A model generated the notes under the pieces. The model searched no databases and was not told where the DNA came from. It worked only from the letters and a program-made list of their open reading frames with translations. A stretch of DNA of 64,000 bases, taken from the NCBI RefSeq assembly GCF_030028105.1, contig NC_092379.1, positions 20,747,309 to 20,811,308 of the forward strand, given 5' to 3'. Below are positions 1 through 10,612 of this stretch, piece after piece. Positions within the stretch are counted from its first letter, which is position 1, and the number at the start of each line of letters is the position of its first letter. The DNA comes from Mobula birostris (Eukaryota). Both the position numbers and the translations under genes were made by a program.

Positions 1-277
1 CATAACTAGGATTATCATGCTGGCTGAAACCCCTTATTAGAGGGATAGCTGCACAAGATAAGGGTTGATAGACGAGGCACAAATCAATTCTTTGTCTTGT
101 TAATGGTGGCGGGGGTGGGGGGGTTGGTTTCACTCACTTGTCTTTTACTAGATATAAACACAAGCTGATTCTTCGTAACTGAAAGTTCCACACATGGACT
201 TTCAAAGATAAGCTGCTAAAAAAAAGATTCACCACCTGAAGTCTGGTCTATAGATTTATTTTTAAAATTTTCTGCCA
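1..277 (+). repeat. ERV1 5' LTR (5' part cut by window edge)
   Basis: Aligns with 9430-9703 (shared gcacaagataagggt, ctagatataaacacaag, gttccacacat, gaagtctggt, tttatttt-aaaa). Ends in CA at 277, 3 nt before the PBS. Confidence 0.82.
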
Positions 278-280
278 AAT

Positions 281-301
281 TGGTGTAGTCTCGCAGGATT
301 C
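281..301 (+). promoter_or_regulatory. Primer-binding site, most similar to tRNA-Ser
   Basis: tggtgtagtctcgcaggattc versus the complement of the vertebrate tRNA-Ser 3' end as recalled (TGGCGTAGTCGGCAGGATTC). Lies directly after the LTR. Confidence 0.72.
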
Positions 302-307
302 CGACAC

Positions 308-2500
308 GATGGGATCGAACAATGGAGTACCTGAGTGACTCAAAGTTACCTTAGAGTTAACAACTCCGCCCCCACCCCCGCAACCACTTTGAACCCCCCT
401 CCCCCCTCCGATCCTAGCCGCGATCGGGTGGGGAAGATTGGGATCGGCAAGACTGAGTAGGAGAGACCGTAGCATCTTGTAAATTTAAAGAATTGTATAA
501 ATAAGACTTCAAAGGGCGAACGGGACGAAATTCCATTCGTACTTGGGCTTGCGAATTTTTTTCTTTGCAGGATTGGGAAAGTAGATTGAAGGAGGATTTG
601 GAGTGGTAATAGTAAAATTGATGACGTACACGGAGATAAAGAAGAAAACGGGAAAGAAGCACCAGAAGGCTGAACGAGTGAAGAAATCCCTGGCAGAGCC
701 GCTGGTGCCGCCAGGCTCCCCTGTTGATACGATATGGTGGGAAACTGGAGATAGCAGGTATGTGATTCCTTTTACTAGTGACTTGTGTGGTTGGAATATC
801 GCCAGCGCCCTTATGGGGGTTTTTGATTTACAGAAATTTGGATATTTTAAACAAGAAACTGGTAACAGAGACAGATCCTACGTGGGATTATGATTATGTG
901 ATGACGTTTTTAATTTATGCACGTTACTTTGTTTATTTGTGTGTAATTCACCTGTAGGTTTTACCCTTACACTCTCAGCTGTTGGGTGTTGTGTGTGTTG
1001 CTGTGCTTTGCGCCCAGGTTCGGGGAGGCGTTGTCTCGTTTGGCTGTGTGCACTCGTGTAGCTGAATGTCAGAGGGCTAGACTTGGCTTGACTAAGTGGC
1101 TGGAGGTAACTAAGCGACGTCATCTCCGGAAACGAAATAAAAAGACTGAGACTGACCAAACGATTTCCAAACGGAAGAAGGGGATGCGTCTCAAGGCTTA
1201 TACTCTCACCTGAAGCCCCGCCCGAACGCAGGTCTGGACGAAATTTTAATGTTAGCAGAAGCCATACGATAGGATCGAGTGCCCGACCGCCGCTTTATAA
1301 TGCTCAAGCAATCGAAACCGAGGAGCAGGAGGGAGACCAGCCCCGAGCCAAAGAATTATCCAGGAAAGATTAGTCCATTTTTCAGGGTCCCTTCTGCACC
1401 AGTTGAGGGGATTGAAAAAGTGGGACAAGCCTAGAACTTGCGCAGTAGGACAGGAAAAGTGGGGGAGGGGACAAAAAGAAGCGGTCAGAACTAAATCCTG
1501 TTACGCAATATCCAAAAAATATGATTGGTACCTCCGCGGTAAATCCGGCCGTGGACCCCGTCCGAAGTTCAGGCTATGATACAGGTTGGCCCTAATCCCA
1601 TCAAGGAACCTCGCGCTGTCCATGATTGGTTGGGACAAATTTGAGAAATTTATAACCCCTTGCCTGGAGATATTCAGATGTTATTGAAAGTGGTGTACGG
1701 AACGACTTCTCAGGCAGGACAAAGTACTTTTGATATCCCCAGAGGGACAGAGGAAGATTAGGTATGAAATGATAGTGACGTCGATAACGTTACCTGGGAA
1801 ACATGGTTAAGGGGATAGTGTAAAGCTGCTATTGTTGGGGCAACCCGTCAGCATAGTGATTTTGGAGAAGTCACCGTGTGTATGCAAAGTCAAAACCGGG
1901 AGAAAATATAACGTTATTTCCGTTTCCGTGACACAAGGGAGTCTTCTGTTGGAATAGACGTGCAGGACAGCTCTGCTTTAGCAGTACAGACTCTCTTAAA
2001 CTGCCTATGACACCTTGTTCTGACATGAAAACCTCCGATGCATTTACATTGTATCTCCCAATACACTGAAACATCTCGGCTGAATTATTATCGAAAGGTC
2101 CTTTTCGTACTTAATAGAGCAGAAAATGTTTCTTTCATCTGACGCATCTATTACGGTCCAGCAGGGATAGCGGCGGCGTTGTCAATGAGTGAGGAACAGA
2201 AAGAATGATTTAAAATGCCAAGTTCAACACCTCATGTCAATATTGCCGTCAAACCTCCTGCGACTCCTAAACTACCCAGACCAATGCTTACGAGTTTACA
2301 GGAGTTAAACGCCGCACTGTGTATAGCTCTGTCTAATACTAATGCTCCTTAGCAGCTTTATTTCGCGCAAGCTGGATGTATAATCCTCGTCCTTTTCCTC
2401 GTTACAACAAAGTTTGAATTGCTTGCTCCCGCTTCTCTTCCCGAGCATTCAGCACTCTTGTTGCTTTCGCAGGTTCCTTCCCCCCTGTGACTGATACACA
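308..2500 (+). pseudogene. gag: ERV1 gag remnant (many stops and frameshifts)
   Basis: Lies between PBS and pol. Met-Gly start at 308 (atgggatcg). Capsid MHR-like EVTVCMQ..KPGE near 1868-1905. Boundaries approximate. Confidence 0.55.
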
Positions 2501-2510
2501 AGAATCAAAA

Positions 2511-2654
2511 GACCATAAGATATAGGTGTAGAATTAGGCCATTTGGCCCATCGCGTCTCTCCACCATTTCATCGCGGCTGATGCAATTTTCCTCTCAGCC
2601 CCAGTCTCCTGCCTTCCCCCGCATCCCTTCATGTCCTGATCAACCAAGAGTCTA
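2511..2654 (-). mobile_element. CR1-type LINE 3' end stub
   Basis: Reverse complement of the CR1 3' UTR (gaccataagatatagg...aattaggccatttggcccatc) also seen at 14700-14797, 28180-28240 and 35245-35300. Confidence 0.7.
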
Positions 2655-3343
2655 AAGTCACGAGGAACTTGTACATTCTGCCCCGCCGCGCGAAGTACGT
2701 TGAAGGCAATTGCTGTTCTCTTCCTATTTTATCAATTCCGAAACCAGGTCGTGATACTGAGCGGCGTTCTGTACAAGACCTAAGGGCTATTAACAAGGTA
2801 GTTGTACCTCTTTCTCCCGTAATACCGATACTAACGTTATCCTCTTCAGGATTCCTGCTGCATCTGAATGTCATTCTGTTAAAGACCACTGTTCTGATCT
2901 GTTTTTCTCCATCCTATTACATAAGGAAAGTCAGTATTTGCTTGCGTTTACAGCCAGTGGTAGACAGTTTCCTTGGACCAAGTTGCTTCAAGGGTATTCC
3001 GGGAGCCCCTCGATATACGCTGCAGCACCCAGACAGGATTTAAGCGTCCTCCGGCTGCCGGGGAAAAAAAGAATTTTATAATATGCTGATGATCTGCTTA
3101 TTGCCTTCGCACCTGAGTCGATTGTGAAAGACACACTGTTGCTTTGGTCGTACACCTGGCTGAAAAGGGACATAAGGTATTCCAAAATAAACCGCAGCTT
3201 TTTCAGCCCACCGTACAATATTTGGGACACACACTTTATCATGGAACTCGGCAACTTGCCGAAGAACGAATTGCATCTATTATTAATGTACCCCCCTCCC
3301 ACCTGAAATGAAATAATTTCTTTTTTGGGAAGGGTCAATTATT

Positions 3344-5551
3344 AGAGTCACAGAGAATTACAGCACAGAATCAGGGCCTACGACACATCCAGTCATTGCT
3401 GAAACGATTTAAACTGCCTACTCCCATCGACCTGCGCCGGGACCATACCCCGACCATCCATATACTTATCCAAACTTCTCTTAAACGTTGAAAAAAGAGC
3501 TCGCAAGCACCGCCCGTGCTGACAATTCATTCCACACTGTTACGACCCTCTGAGTGAAGAAGTTTCCCCTCATGTTCCCTTTAAACATTTCACCTTTCAC
3601 ACTTAACCATATAACCATATAACAATTATAGCACGGAAAACAGGTCAACTCGGCGCTTCAACTCCGTGCCGAACTCTTACTCTCACCTAGTTCCACCGAC
3701 CTGCACTCAGCCTATAACCCTCCACTCCTTTCCTGTCCACATATCTATCCAATTTAACTTTAAATGGCAACATCGAACCTGCCTCAACTAGTTCTGCTGG
3801 AAGCTCGTTCAACACAGCTACCACTCTCTGAGTAAAGAAGTTCCCCCTCATGTTACCCCTAAACTTTTGCCCTTTAACTCTCAACTCATGTCCTCTTGTT
3901 TGAATCTCCCCCACTCTCAATGGAAAAAGCCTATCCACGTCAACTCTAACTATCCCCCTCATAATTTAAAATACCTCGATCGAGTCCCCTCTCAACCTTC
4001 TACGCTCCAAAGAATAAAGGCCCAACTTATTCAACCTTTCTCTGTAATTTAGGAGATGAAATCCAGGCAACATTTTAGTAAATCTCTTCTGTACTCTCTC
4101 AATTTTATTGACATCTTTCCTATAATTTGGTGACCAGAACTGTGCACAATACTCCAAATTTGGCTTCACCAATGCCTTATACAATTTCAGCATTACTTCC
4201 CAACTCCTATACTTAACCCATGATCGGTGGTTGTAGTCTCACCCAACCTTAATGGAAACAGCCTGCCTGCATTTCCCCTGTCTATACTCATCATAATTTT
4301 ATATACTTCTATCAAATCTACTCTCACAAAGTCTTATAATATACAACTTCAACATAACATCCCATCTCCTATACTCAATACAAAATGTTAGAGGAACTCA
4401 GCAGGCCAGGCAGTATCTATGGAAAAGAGTAAACAGTCGACGTTTCGGGCCGAGACCCTTCATCAGGAGAAAAGAAAGATGAGAAGTCATCTCTTAGAAT
4501 GCCTTCCAATAACTTTCCTATGACTGAGTTCAGACTCACCGGACTATAATTTCCAAGCTTAAGTTCAGATCAGTTTTAAACAGCGGAACGAGATAAGCTA
4601 TCCTCCAATTCTCTGGTACATCTCTTGTCGCTCGGATAATTTAAATATCTCTTCAAGGGCCCCAGCAATTTCTGCACTTGCCTCCCGTAGGATGCGTGGG
4701 GACACCTTATCAGGCCCTGGGGATCTATCCACCCCGATCTGCCAACACTTCCTCCACTTTAAACTGTACAGGGTCCATGAAGTTGATGCAACCTTGCCTC
4801 ACTTCTATAGACTCTGTGCCCATCTCCTGAGTAAATACAAATGCAAAAAAAAAAAAGTTCTGTCCCATCAGTTCTGGCTCCATACATTGATTACAATCCT
4901 GATCATCCAGAGAACCAATTTTATCCCCTGCAATTGTTTTGCTCTTCACATATCTGCAGAATCCCTTGGAATTCTCCTTGACCTTGTTTGCTAGAACAAC
5001 TTCTTGCCTTCTTTTAGCCCTCCTGATTTCTCTCTTAAGATTCTCTTGCATGTCTTATATTTCATAATCACCCCATTTGTTCCTATCTGCCTATACCTGC
5101 GATGCACCTCCTTTTTTCTGGTAACCAGGGTCTCAATATCCAACCAAGGTTCCCTGCAGTTGTTAGCTTTACTTTTTATTATGATAGGCACATAGCTTTG
5201 TATCCTCAAAATTTCGTTTTTGGAGGCCTCCCACTTGCCAAGTACACCTTTGTCAGAAAACAGCCTGTCCCAATCTAAAAATGTCATATCATTTCTGACG
5301 CCATCAAAATTGGCCCATCTCCAATTTAGAATCTCAATCCACGACAAGACCTATATTTTTGCATATTTATGTTGAAACGAATGGCATTGTGGTCACTGGA
5401 TACAAAGTGTTCCCTACACAAACTTCTGTCACCTGCCCTGTCTCATTCCCTAATAGCAGATCCAGTATCGCACACTCTCTCGTTGGGACTTCTACGTACA
5501 GATGAAGGAACCTTTCCTGAACACCTTTGAAAAACTCTATCCCATCTAGTC
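3344..5551 (-). mobile_element. Composite CR1 LINE insertion (ORF2 fragments, second nested CR1 3' end, Penelope stub)
   Basis: Minus-strand ORFs 3687-3962, 3966-4193, 4725-5051, 4991-5347 match CR1 ORF2 (YCAQFWSP, LERRRLRGD, GNEPGQVT-like). ttatt is duplicated at 3339-3343 and 5552-5556, and removing the insert restores the ERV RT frame. Confidence 0.85.
4434..4468 (-). ncRNA. Hammerhead ribozyme motif (Penelope-type, minimal type I)
   Basis: Minus strand reads cCTGATGAagggtctcggcccGAAAcgtcgactg: CUGANGA core, GGG/CCC stem II, GAAA, palindromic ACGU and GUC cleavage triplet. Confidence 0.65.
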
Positions 5552-6141
5552 TTATTGTAGACATTGGATTCCAGAATATCGAATAATGGATGCTCCTCTT
5601 CGCCAACCTCCTGACCTGACATGCCTGCCGAAATACAATGGACTCAGGGAATGAACGCAGCTTTTAATGCTCTTAAAACAGCTTTGTCAACTGCCCCAGC
5701 CTTGGGCATCCTGACTCTTCAGCTCTTGTCCAATTATTTGGAATGACGCCAAGGGTTTCCGAGCAGCATTTTAACGCAACAACGTGGAGGCCTCAGACGA
5801 CCTATTGCATATTATTATGTGCAATTACCACCAGTTGATAAGAGGCATACCTGGTTGTTTGGGGTCTGTCACCGACACTGTAGTTATGGAAAGGTGACAC
5901 ACTGGCAAGGTCACGTAGGAAAAGGAGGGATCTTTCTTGCGATCACATAACAGTGGTTTGCCCCGGGAATATCAGCAACCGCTCAGAGAGTGTGCGGAAC
6001 CTGCATGATCTGTTTACAAAACAACATACATAAAACACCAGCAAAGTTTGATCATTTACCGACACCTGAGACCCTTCACTAGTTTACAAATTCATTATGT
6101 GCATATGTCTGCACAAAACAGATACAAGTATGAGCTGGTGG

Positions 6142-7457
6142 TGTCATAGATGGGGCACTGTTAGTAGACCCAAATGCAAGACATAGACACTGAAGTACTA
6201 GGAACTGGACTGGACTAGGCTTAGGGACAGGACAGGACACGGACTATGAGCTGGGATAGGAACACAGACTTGGGCTAGGACTTTGGCTAGGAAAGTGGGA
6301 CCAGGAGAAGGAACTGGGAACTAGGAGCCTTGGCTTGGACTCCGAGACAGAGACTGGACAAGGACTCAGGACCTACGTCTTGACTCAGGCTCGGACCCCG
6401 GAACTAGGCAAAGACATGACGTGGCTACAGGGCTGGATGAGGCTTGGATTCTTCGAGGCTTTTCTGGGCAGGACAAGTTAATCCAGGGCTGGGCGAGGCA
6501 CAAGGATAGGACGAGACCCCAAAGTCTTGAAATGGTCTTGGGAGAACAGGAACACAAAGTTTGGTCTTGGCAGAACAGGAACACAGAGTCTTAGTCTTGG
6601 CAGAACAGGAACACAGAGACTTGGTCTTGGCAGAACAGGAACACAGAGCCGTAGTCTTGGCAGAACAGGAACACAGAGCCTTGGTCTTGGCAGAACAGGA
6701 ACACAGATCCTTGGTATTGAGAGAGACAGGAACACAGGGACATGGAACATAGAGCCAAGAACCCACCTTGGGAACAGGATTTAGGGCTGGGACTCGGATA
6801 CAGAACACAGGGCCAGAGCCCCTCCTTGGGAACAGGACGTAGGGCCGGGACTAGAACACAGAACGCAGACAGACAGTTTCGAAAACAAGGTAGCAGCAAA
6901 CGGCTGGACCTACCTAGCAAAGGCGTGGACACAGAGACCGTTCCCAGCACAAGGTAGCGTCAAACAGCCGGACCTACCTAGCGAAGACTTGGACACAGAG
7001 ACGGTTCCAAACAACGATAGACAGTTCCTTATCTAGACACAGCAAGGCTCTGGTCTTGCTCTGGCAGTAGAACTTGACAGCAATACAGGTGAGGACGCAG
7101 GCGAGGTTGCAGGCCAAGGCTTCTGAAGGAAAGGGAAGGGAAGGGAACAGTCCAGCTCAGGGTAACGGCAAAGACGGCCTGGCTTACCCAACGGAGGCAA
7201 GGACAGGAAGGGACAGATCTAACCGCAGGGTAACGGCAAAGACGGCCTGACTTACCCCACAGAGGCCAGGACGGGATACTGACGAGATGAACCAGCAACC
7301 ACACTCCAACCCAGGGCCATTTATATTCCCAGCTCCAAGACGAGCATCAGGATGATTAAGCCCAAATGAATCAAGGGACAGCCGGAAGACCCGGAGTCCG
7401 GAGTCCATGGACCAGACTGCGAACCAGAATGTGGACTTCACGGACTGGACCATGACA
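6142..7457 (-). mobile_element. Long solo LTR, sushi-like Gypsy family (copy 1, 1316 bp)
   Basis: tgtcat...atgaca termini and perfect 5-bp TSD ggtgg (6137-6141 / 7458-7462). Homologous to 10613-11905. Confidence 0.92.
6535..6718. repeat. 30-bp tandem array, about 6 copies, inside solo LTR
   Basis: Unit gtcttggcagaacaggaacacagag(n5). It is the source of the 10-aa-repeat ORFs at 6425-6808. Confidence 0.95.
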
Positions 7458-8140
7458 GGTGGTTGTAGATATGTTTTCTAAATGGATCGAGGATGTGGCT
7501 GCAAAGAAGGATGATGCTCACATTGTAGTAAAGTGTCTCATGAGAGACATAATCCCAAGGGATGGAGTCTCCACTAATATCAATAATGACAGGGAAACTT
7601 GCTTCACAGCTCAAATCACTAAGGCACTTAGCCAGGCGGTGGTGTTCAATTGACAAATGAATATTCCGTATCAACGCCAGTCATCCGGATTAGTAGATGC
7701 ATGAATGGGAAACTTAAAAACACATTTGCAAAGGTTTGCCAAGGACTAGGATTAAAGGGTCCTGAGGCATTAACCAATGACCCCTACGTAGGCCAGCCTT
7801 CTCTGGATGGATAAAAATACTCTACAATCTGCTCAAACTGCCAGCCAAACCATGCAAAGGTTGTACAGGCATGGCTCAGGCCAGGGAAAACCAATGCACA
7901 TCCCTTTAAACCAGATTACATGCTTATTAAATCACTGGATAAAATTCTCTTTCTAGATGGAAAGGCCCATATGAAGTTCTGCTGATGACTGGAATGGCGT
8001 TGGAAGTGGCAGGGAAACCTGAGTGGATTCACGGATGACGGTGCAAACTGCAATCGCCTTCTGCAACACCGGGTGTGCCTGAGAAAGGCGCAACTATTAA
8101 AAGGAAGAAAAGAGGGTCAAGAAGCACTGACAGTGAATAA

Positions 8141-9240
8141 CAAATAAACAATTCAAAACGATGCAGCAAAGTCGTTGAAGTTCTTTGTCCATCGGCCTGT
8201 TGCGCTGCCCTATATTTGAGCACATTGACAGAATGTGAACATGCCGTTTTGTCTCGCCAACGAAGGAACCTTGGACATGTGGATTATGTAATTTTAGAAT
8301 TAGAAAGTCTAACTAATGTAACGATAAAAGGATTCTTGCAAACACGAGGAAATCTGCAGATGCTGGAGCTTCAAACAACACACATAAAAGTTGCTGGTGA
8401 ATGCAGCAGGCCAGGCAGCATCTATAGGAAGAGGTACAGTCAAAGTTTCGGGCCGAGACCCTTCGTCAGGACTAACTGAAAGAAGAGCTAGTAAGAGATT
8501 TGAAAGTGGGAGGGGGAGAGGGAGATCCAAAATGAGAGGATAATGGGACGGGAGGCCAAGGGAGAAAGAAAGGGGGAGGGGCCAAGCCCCAAGGATGGGC
8601 CAGGAGTATAGTGAGAGGGACAGAGGGAGAACAAGGATATATATACCCCACCTCCCCCCATACGAGGCGGAGGTGGGGCATTAGGCATTAACGGAGGTTA
8701 GAGAAGTCAGTGTTCATGCCATCAGGTTGGAGGCTACCCAGACGGAATATAAGGTGTTGTCCCTCCAACCTGAGTGTGACTTCATCTTTACAGTAGAGGA
8801 TTCTCGATTATGAATCAGAAAATATAAAATCTCAGTAGTCGCTTTATGAAACAGGATGGCCCTGGAACATGTCTTGGCAAAAGAAGGTGGAGGTTGTGCT
8901 GTATTTGGGAAAGAATGTTGCACCTATAGGCCAGAAGCTTCAAAAATATGACTCAACAATGAGTTGAAATACAAAAGCTAATTTCTCAGGCTTCTCCTAA
9001 GGGTTGGGGTTTCTTTAGCTGGATTAAATCACTAATTGGGTAAGGGGTGTTTGTCTGGTACGGCCCCACTTTAATGGACTTTTTGCACAGAGTTGCTTTG
9101 CATTAGTTATTCACTGCATCTTGCAACTGTTTACTCATCTGACATATAAAACTTCCCAGTCAAAGACAAAAATGACTGTGCCTTACTTTATGTGAGGTCC
9201 CCTAATATGGAAAACAGTGGGGAAGAGGATAGTTTATGAT
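8141..9240 (+). pseudogene. env: ERV1 env remnant: furin site, TM ectodomain, membrane anchor and tail; SU essentially absent
   Basis: RQRR at 8255-8266, then NLGHVDYVILELESLTNVTIKGF, then (after the PLE insert) VVAL*NRMALEHVLAKEGGGCAVFGKECCTY at 8835-8927 (ISD plus CX6CC), then WGFFSWIKSLIG. Confidence 0.85.
8339..8796 (-). mobile_element. Penelope-like element 3' fragment inserted in env, with hammerhead motif at about 8437-8470
   Basis: Minus strand encodes LYCKDEVTLRLEGQHLIFRLGSLQPDGMNTDFSNLR* (PLE endonuclease C-terminus). TSD aggattcttg (8329-8338) / aggattctcg (8797-8806). Confidence 0.85.
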
Positions 9241-9326
9241 GAACAATAGTGTTTGAAAATGCGACCACTACCCTCAGGGTATGATCCCTTTTGCACATAC
9301 CGATCTGTAGAGTTGATCTTACGATC

Positions 9327-9339
9327 AAAAAGGAGGGAA
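9327..9339 (+). promoter_or_regulatory. Polypurine tract of ERV1
   Basis: aaaaaggagggaa ending 1 nt before the TG start of the 3' LTR. Confidence 0.8.
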
Positions 9340-9340
9340 T

Positions 9341-9703
9341 TGTGGGAGAATATTTTGAATATAGGGCTAAAAGTGCTGTTTGTTGCTAAAACTTTGTGAC
9401 CTTGTGGACATCCTGTATTTTCCAAATAAGTTCCAAGCCTGTATAACTAAAATTACTGTACTGGCCAAAACCCCTCATTATAGCAATAACACAGCACAAG
9501 ATAAGGGTAGATGGACGAGCCACAAATCTTTCTAATAGGGAGGGGGTTTGTTTCGCTCACTTGTCTGTTGCTAGATATAAACACAAGATGATTCCATGTA
9601 ACTCAGAGTTCCACACATAAGGATTCTCTATGATATCATGCTAAAATGAAAGTTTCACCACTTGAAGTCTGGTGTCGAGCTTTATTTTAAAAATTCTCTA
9701 ACA
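9341..9703 (+). repeat. ERV1 3' LTR (363 bp)
   Basis: tgtggg...ctaaca termini, TATA-like gatataaa near 9574, homology to 1-277. Confidence 0.85.
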
Positions 9704-9984
9704 CCCCACCTACAAATTTCAGCGCACTGATTTTGGTGTCAGGATCATGCAGGTTCCATTTTCCAACCACAGGGTAGTGAGACTCTCATTTATTACCGAA
9801 CAGTCTGTGGTAGACTGTTTATTTTCTGAACCCTAGGGTTCATCTGGGAGTCAAAAAAGGTGAGCAGTCTTAGTCCCAATAGTTCAGTTTATTTTAGAAT
9901 ATAAGCACATACAGATTCGAAGCAAACTAAATAAAGAGTTGTGAAACAATGCTAAGAGGTGTATAGGCAAAGGAATAAAGAAGA

Positions 9985-10140
9985 AGGCCCTTGTGGCTAC
10001 GGGGGTCAGAGGGTATGGAGGGAAGGCTGGGGCGGGGTTCTGAGTTGGATGATCAGCCATGATCATAATAAATGGCGGTGCAGGCTCGAAGGGCCGAATA
10101 GCCTACTCCTGCACCTATTTTCTATGTTTCTATGTTTCTA
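9985..10140 (+). mobile_element. CR1 LINE 3' end
   Basis: ggatgatcagccatgatc...gaagggccgaatagcctactcctgc followed by a (ctatgttt)n tail. Confidence 0.8.
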
Positions 10141-10612
10141 AGAAGCCAAGAATGCGATTCTGAAAAATTACTCACATTTATTGGCAAGATAAACTAATTC
10201 CTTAAATAGAGAATAAGCGAGCTCATAAACTAGATTATGAAAAGAATCACATCACCTGGGTATTGTGCTAATAGCCAATGAAAGATGAGAAAGGTGGAAA
10301 ATCTTTTTTTTAACTGCTATACGGCATGTGCCAGTGAGTGGGGATGAATCACCACACACTGCGAAAAATATATGACTTTGTAAAAGGGTGCAAACCATAT
10401 AAAAAGTATTATTACAAAAAAAAAACAGTGGTTTCCTACAGGCCCCCCTTTCGATTCTATAAGGACTCTGGGAGAATCACATTTGAAAGTTCAGAGTAAT
10501 TGTTTTTAAACAACAAAAAAATGTAGATTTATGGTCATAATGCTCAACGAAATGTCTAGTAATTATATTTGTGCTTGAAGTTTTTGTTTTAATCTGGAGT
10601 CACTTCTGCTCA

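Larger units (their letters stand above)
2655..5890 (+). pseudogene. pol: ERV1 pol, reverse transcriptase and connection region, split by a CR1 insertion
   Basis: PILSIPKPGRDT..SVQDLRAINKVVVP (ORF 2669), SWTKLLQGYSGSP, IL*YADDLLIA (YADD at 3082-3093). FLGRVNY|CRHWIPEY is rejoined across the 3344-5551 insert. WTQGMNAAFNALKTALSTAPALG and RRPIAYY follow. Confidence 0.85.
5896..8140 (+). pseudogene. pol: ERV1 pol integrase, split by a solo LTR
   Basis: HWQGHVG...WFAPGISATAQRVCGTCMIC (HHCC), PFTSLQIHY, YKYELVV|VDMFSKWIED (ORF 7459), GPYEVLLMTG..LEVAGKPEWIH. Stop TAA at 8138-8140. Confidence 0.85.
1..9703 (+). mobile_element. Endogenous retrovirus ERV1 (class I, gamma/epsilon-like), degenerate provirus with nested insertions
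   Basis: Homologous LTRs at 1-277 and 9341-9703, PBS at 281, PPT at 9327. Ordered gag, RT (VQDLRAINK, YADD), IN (HHCC, DMFSKW) and env TM (ISD plus CX6CC) remnants lie between them. Confidence 0.88.

Noticed and set aside
603-893. Separate accessory ORF upstream of ERV1 gag
   Set aside because: More simply a surviving open stretch of the degraded gag or leader; it cannot be distinguished without a family consensus.
6366-6957. Overlapping ORFs with 10-aa repeats (LCSCSAKTK, LGLGRTGTQS, VLAEQEHR)
   Set aside because: A stop-free 30-bp tandem unit opens all frames. This is an artefact of the array.
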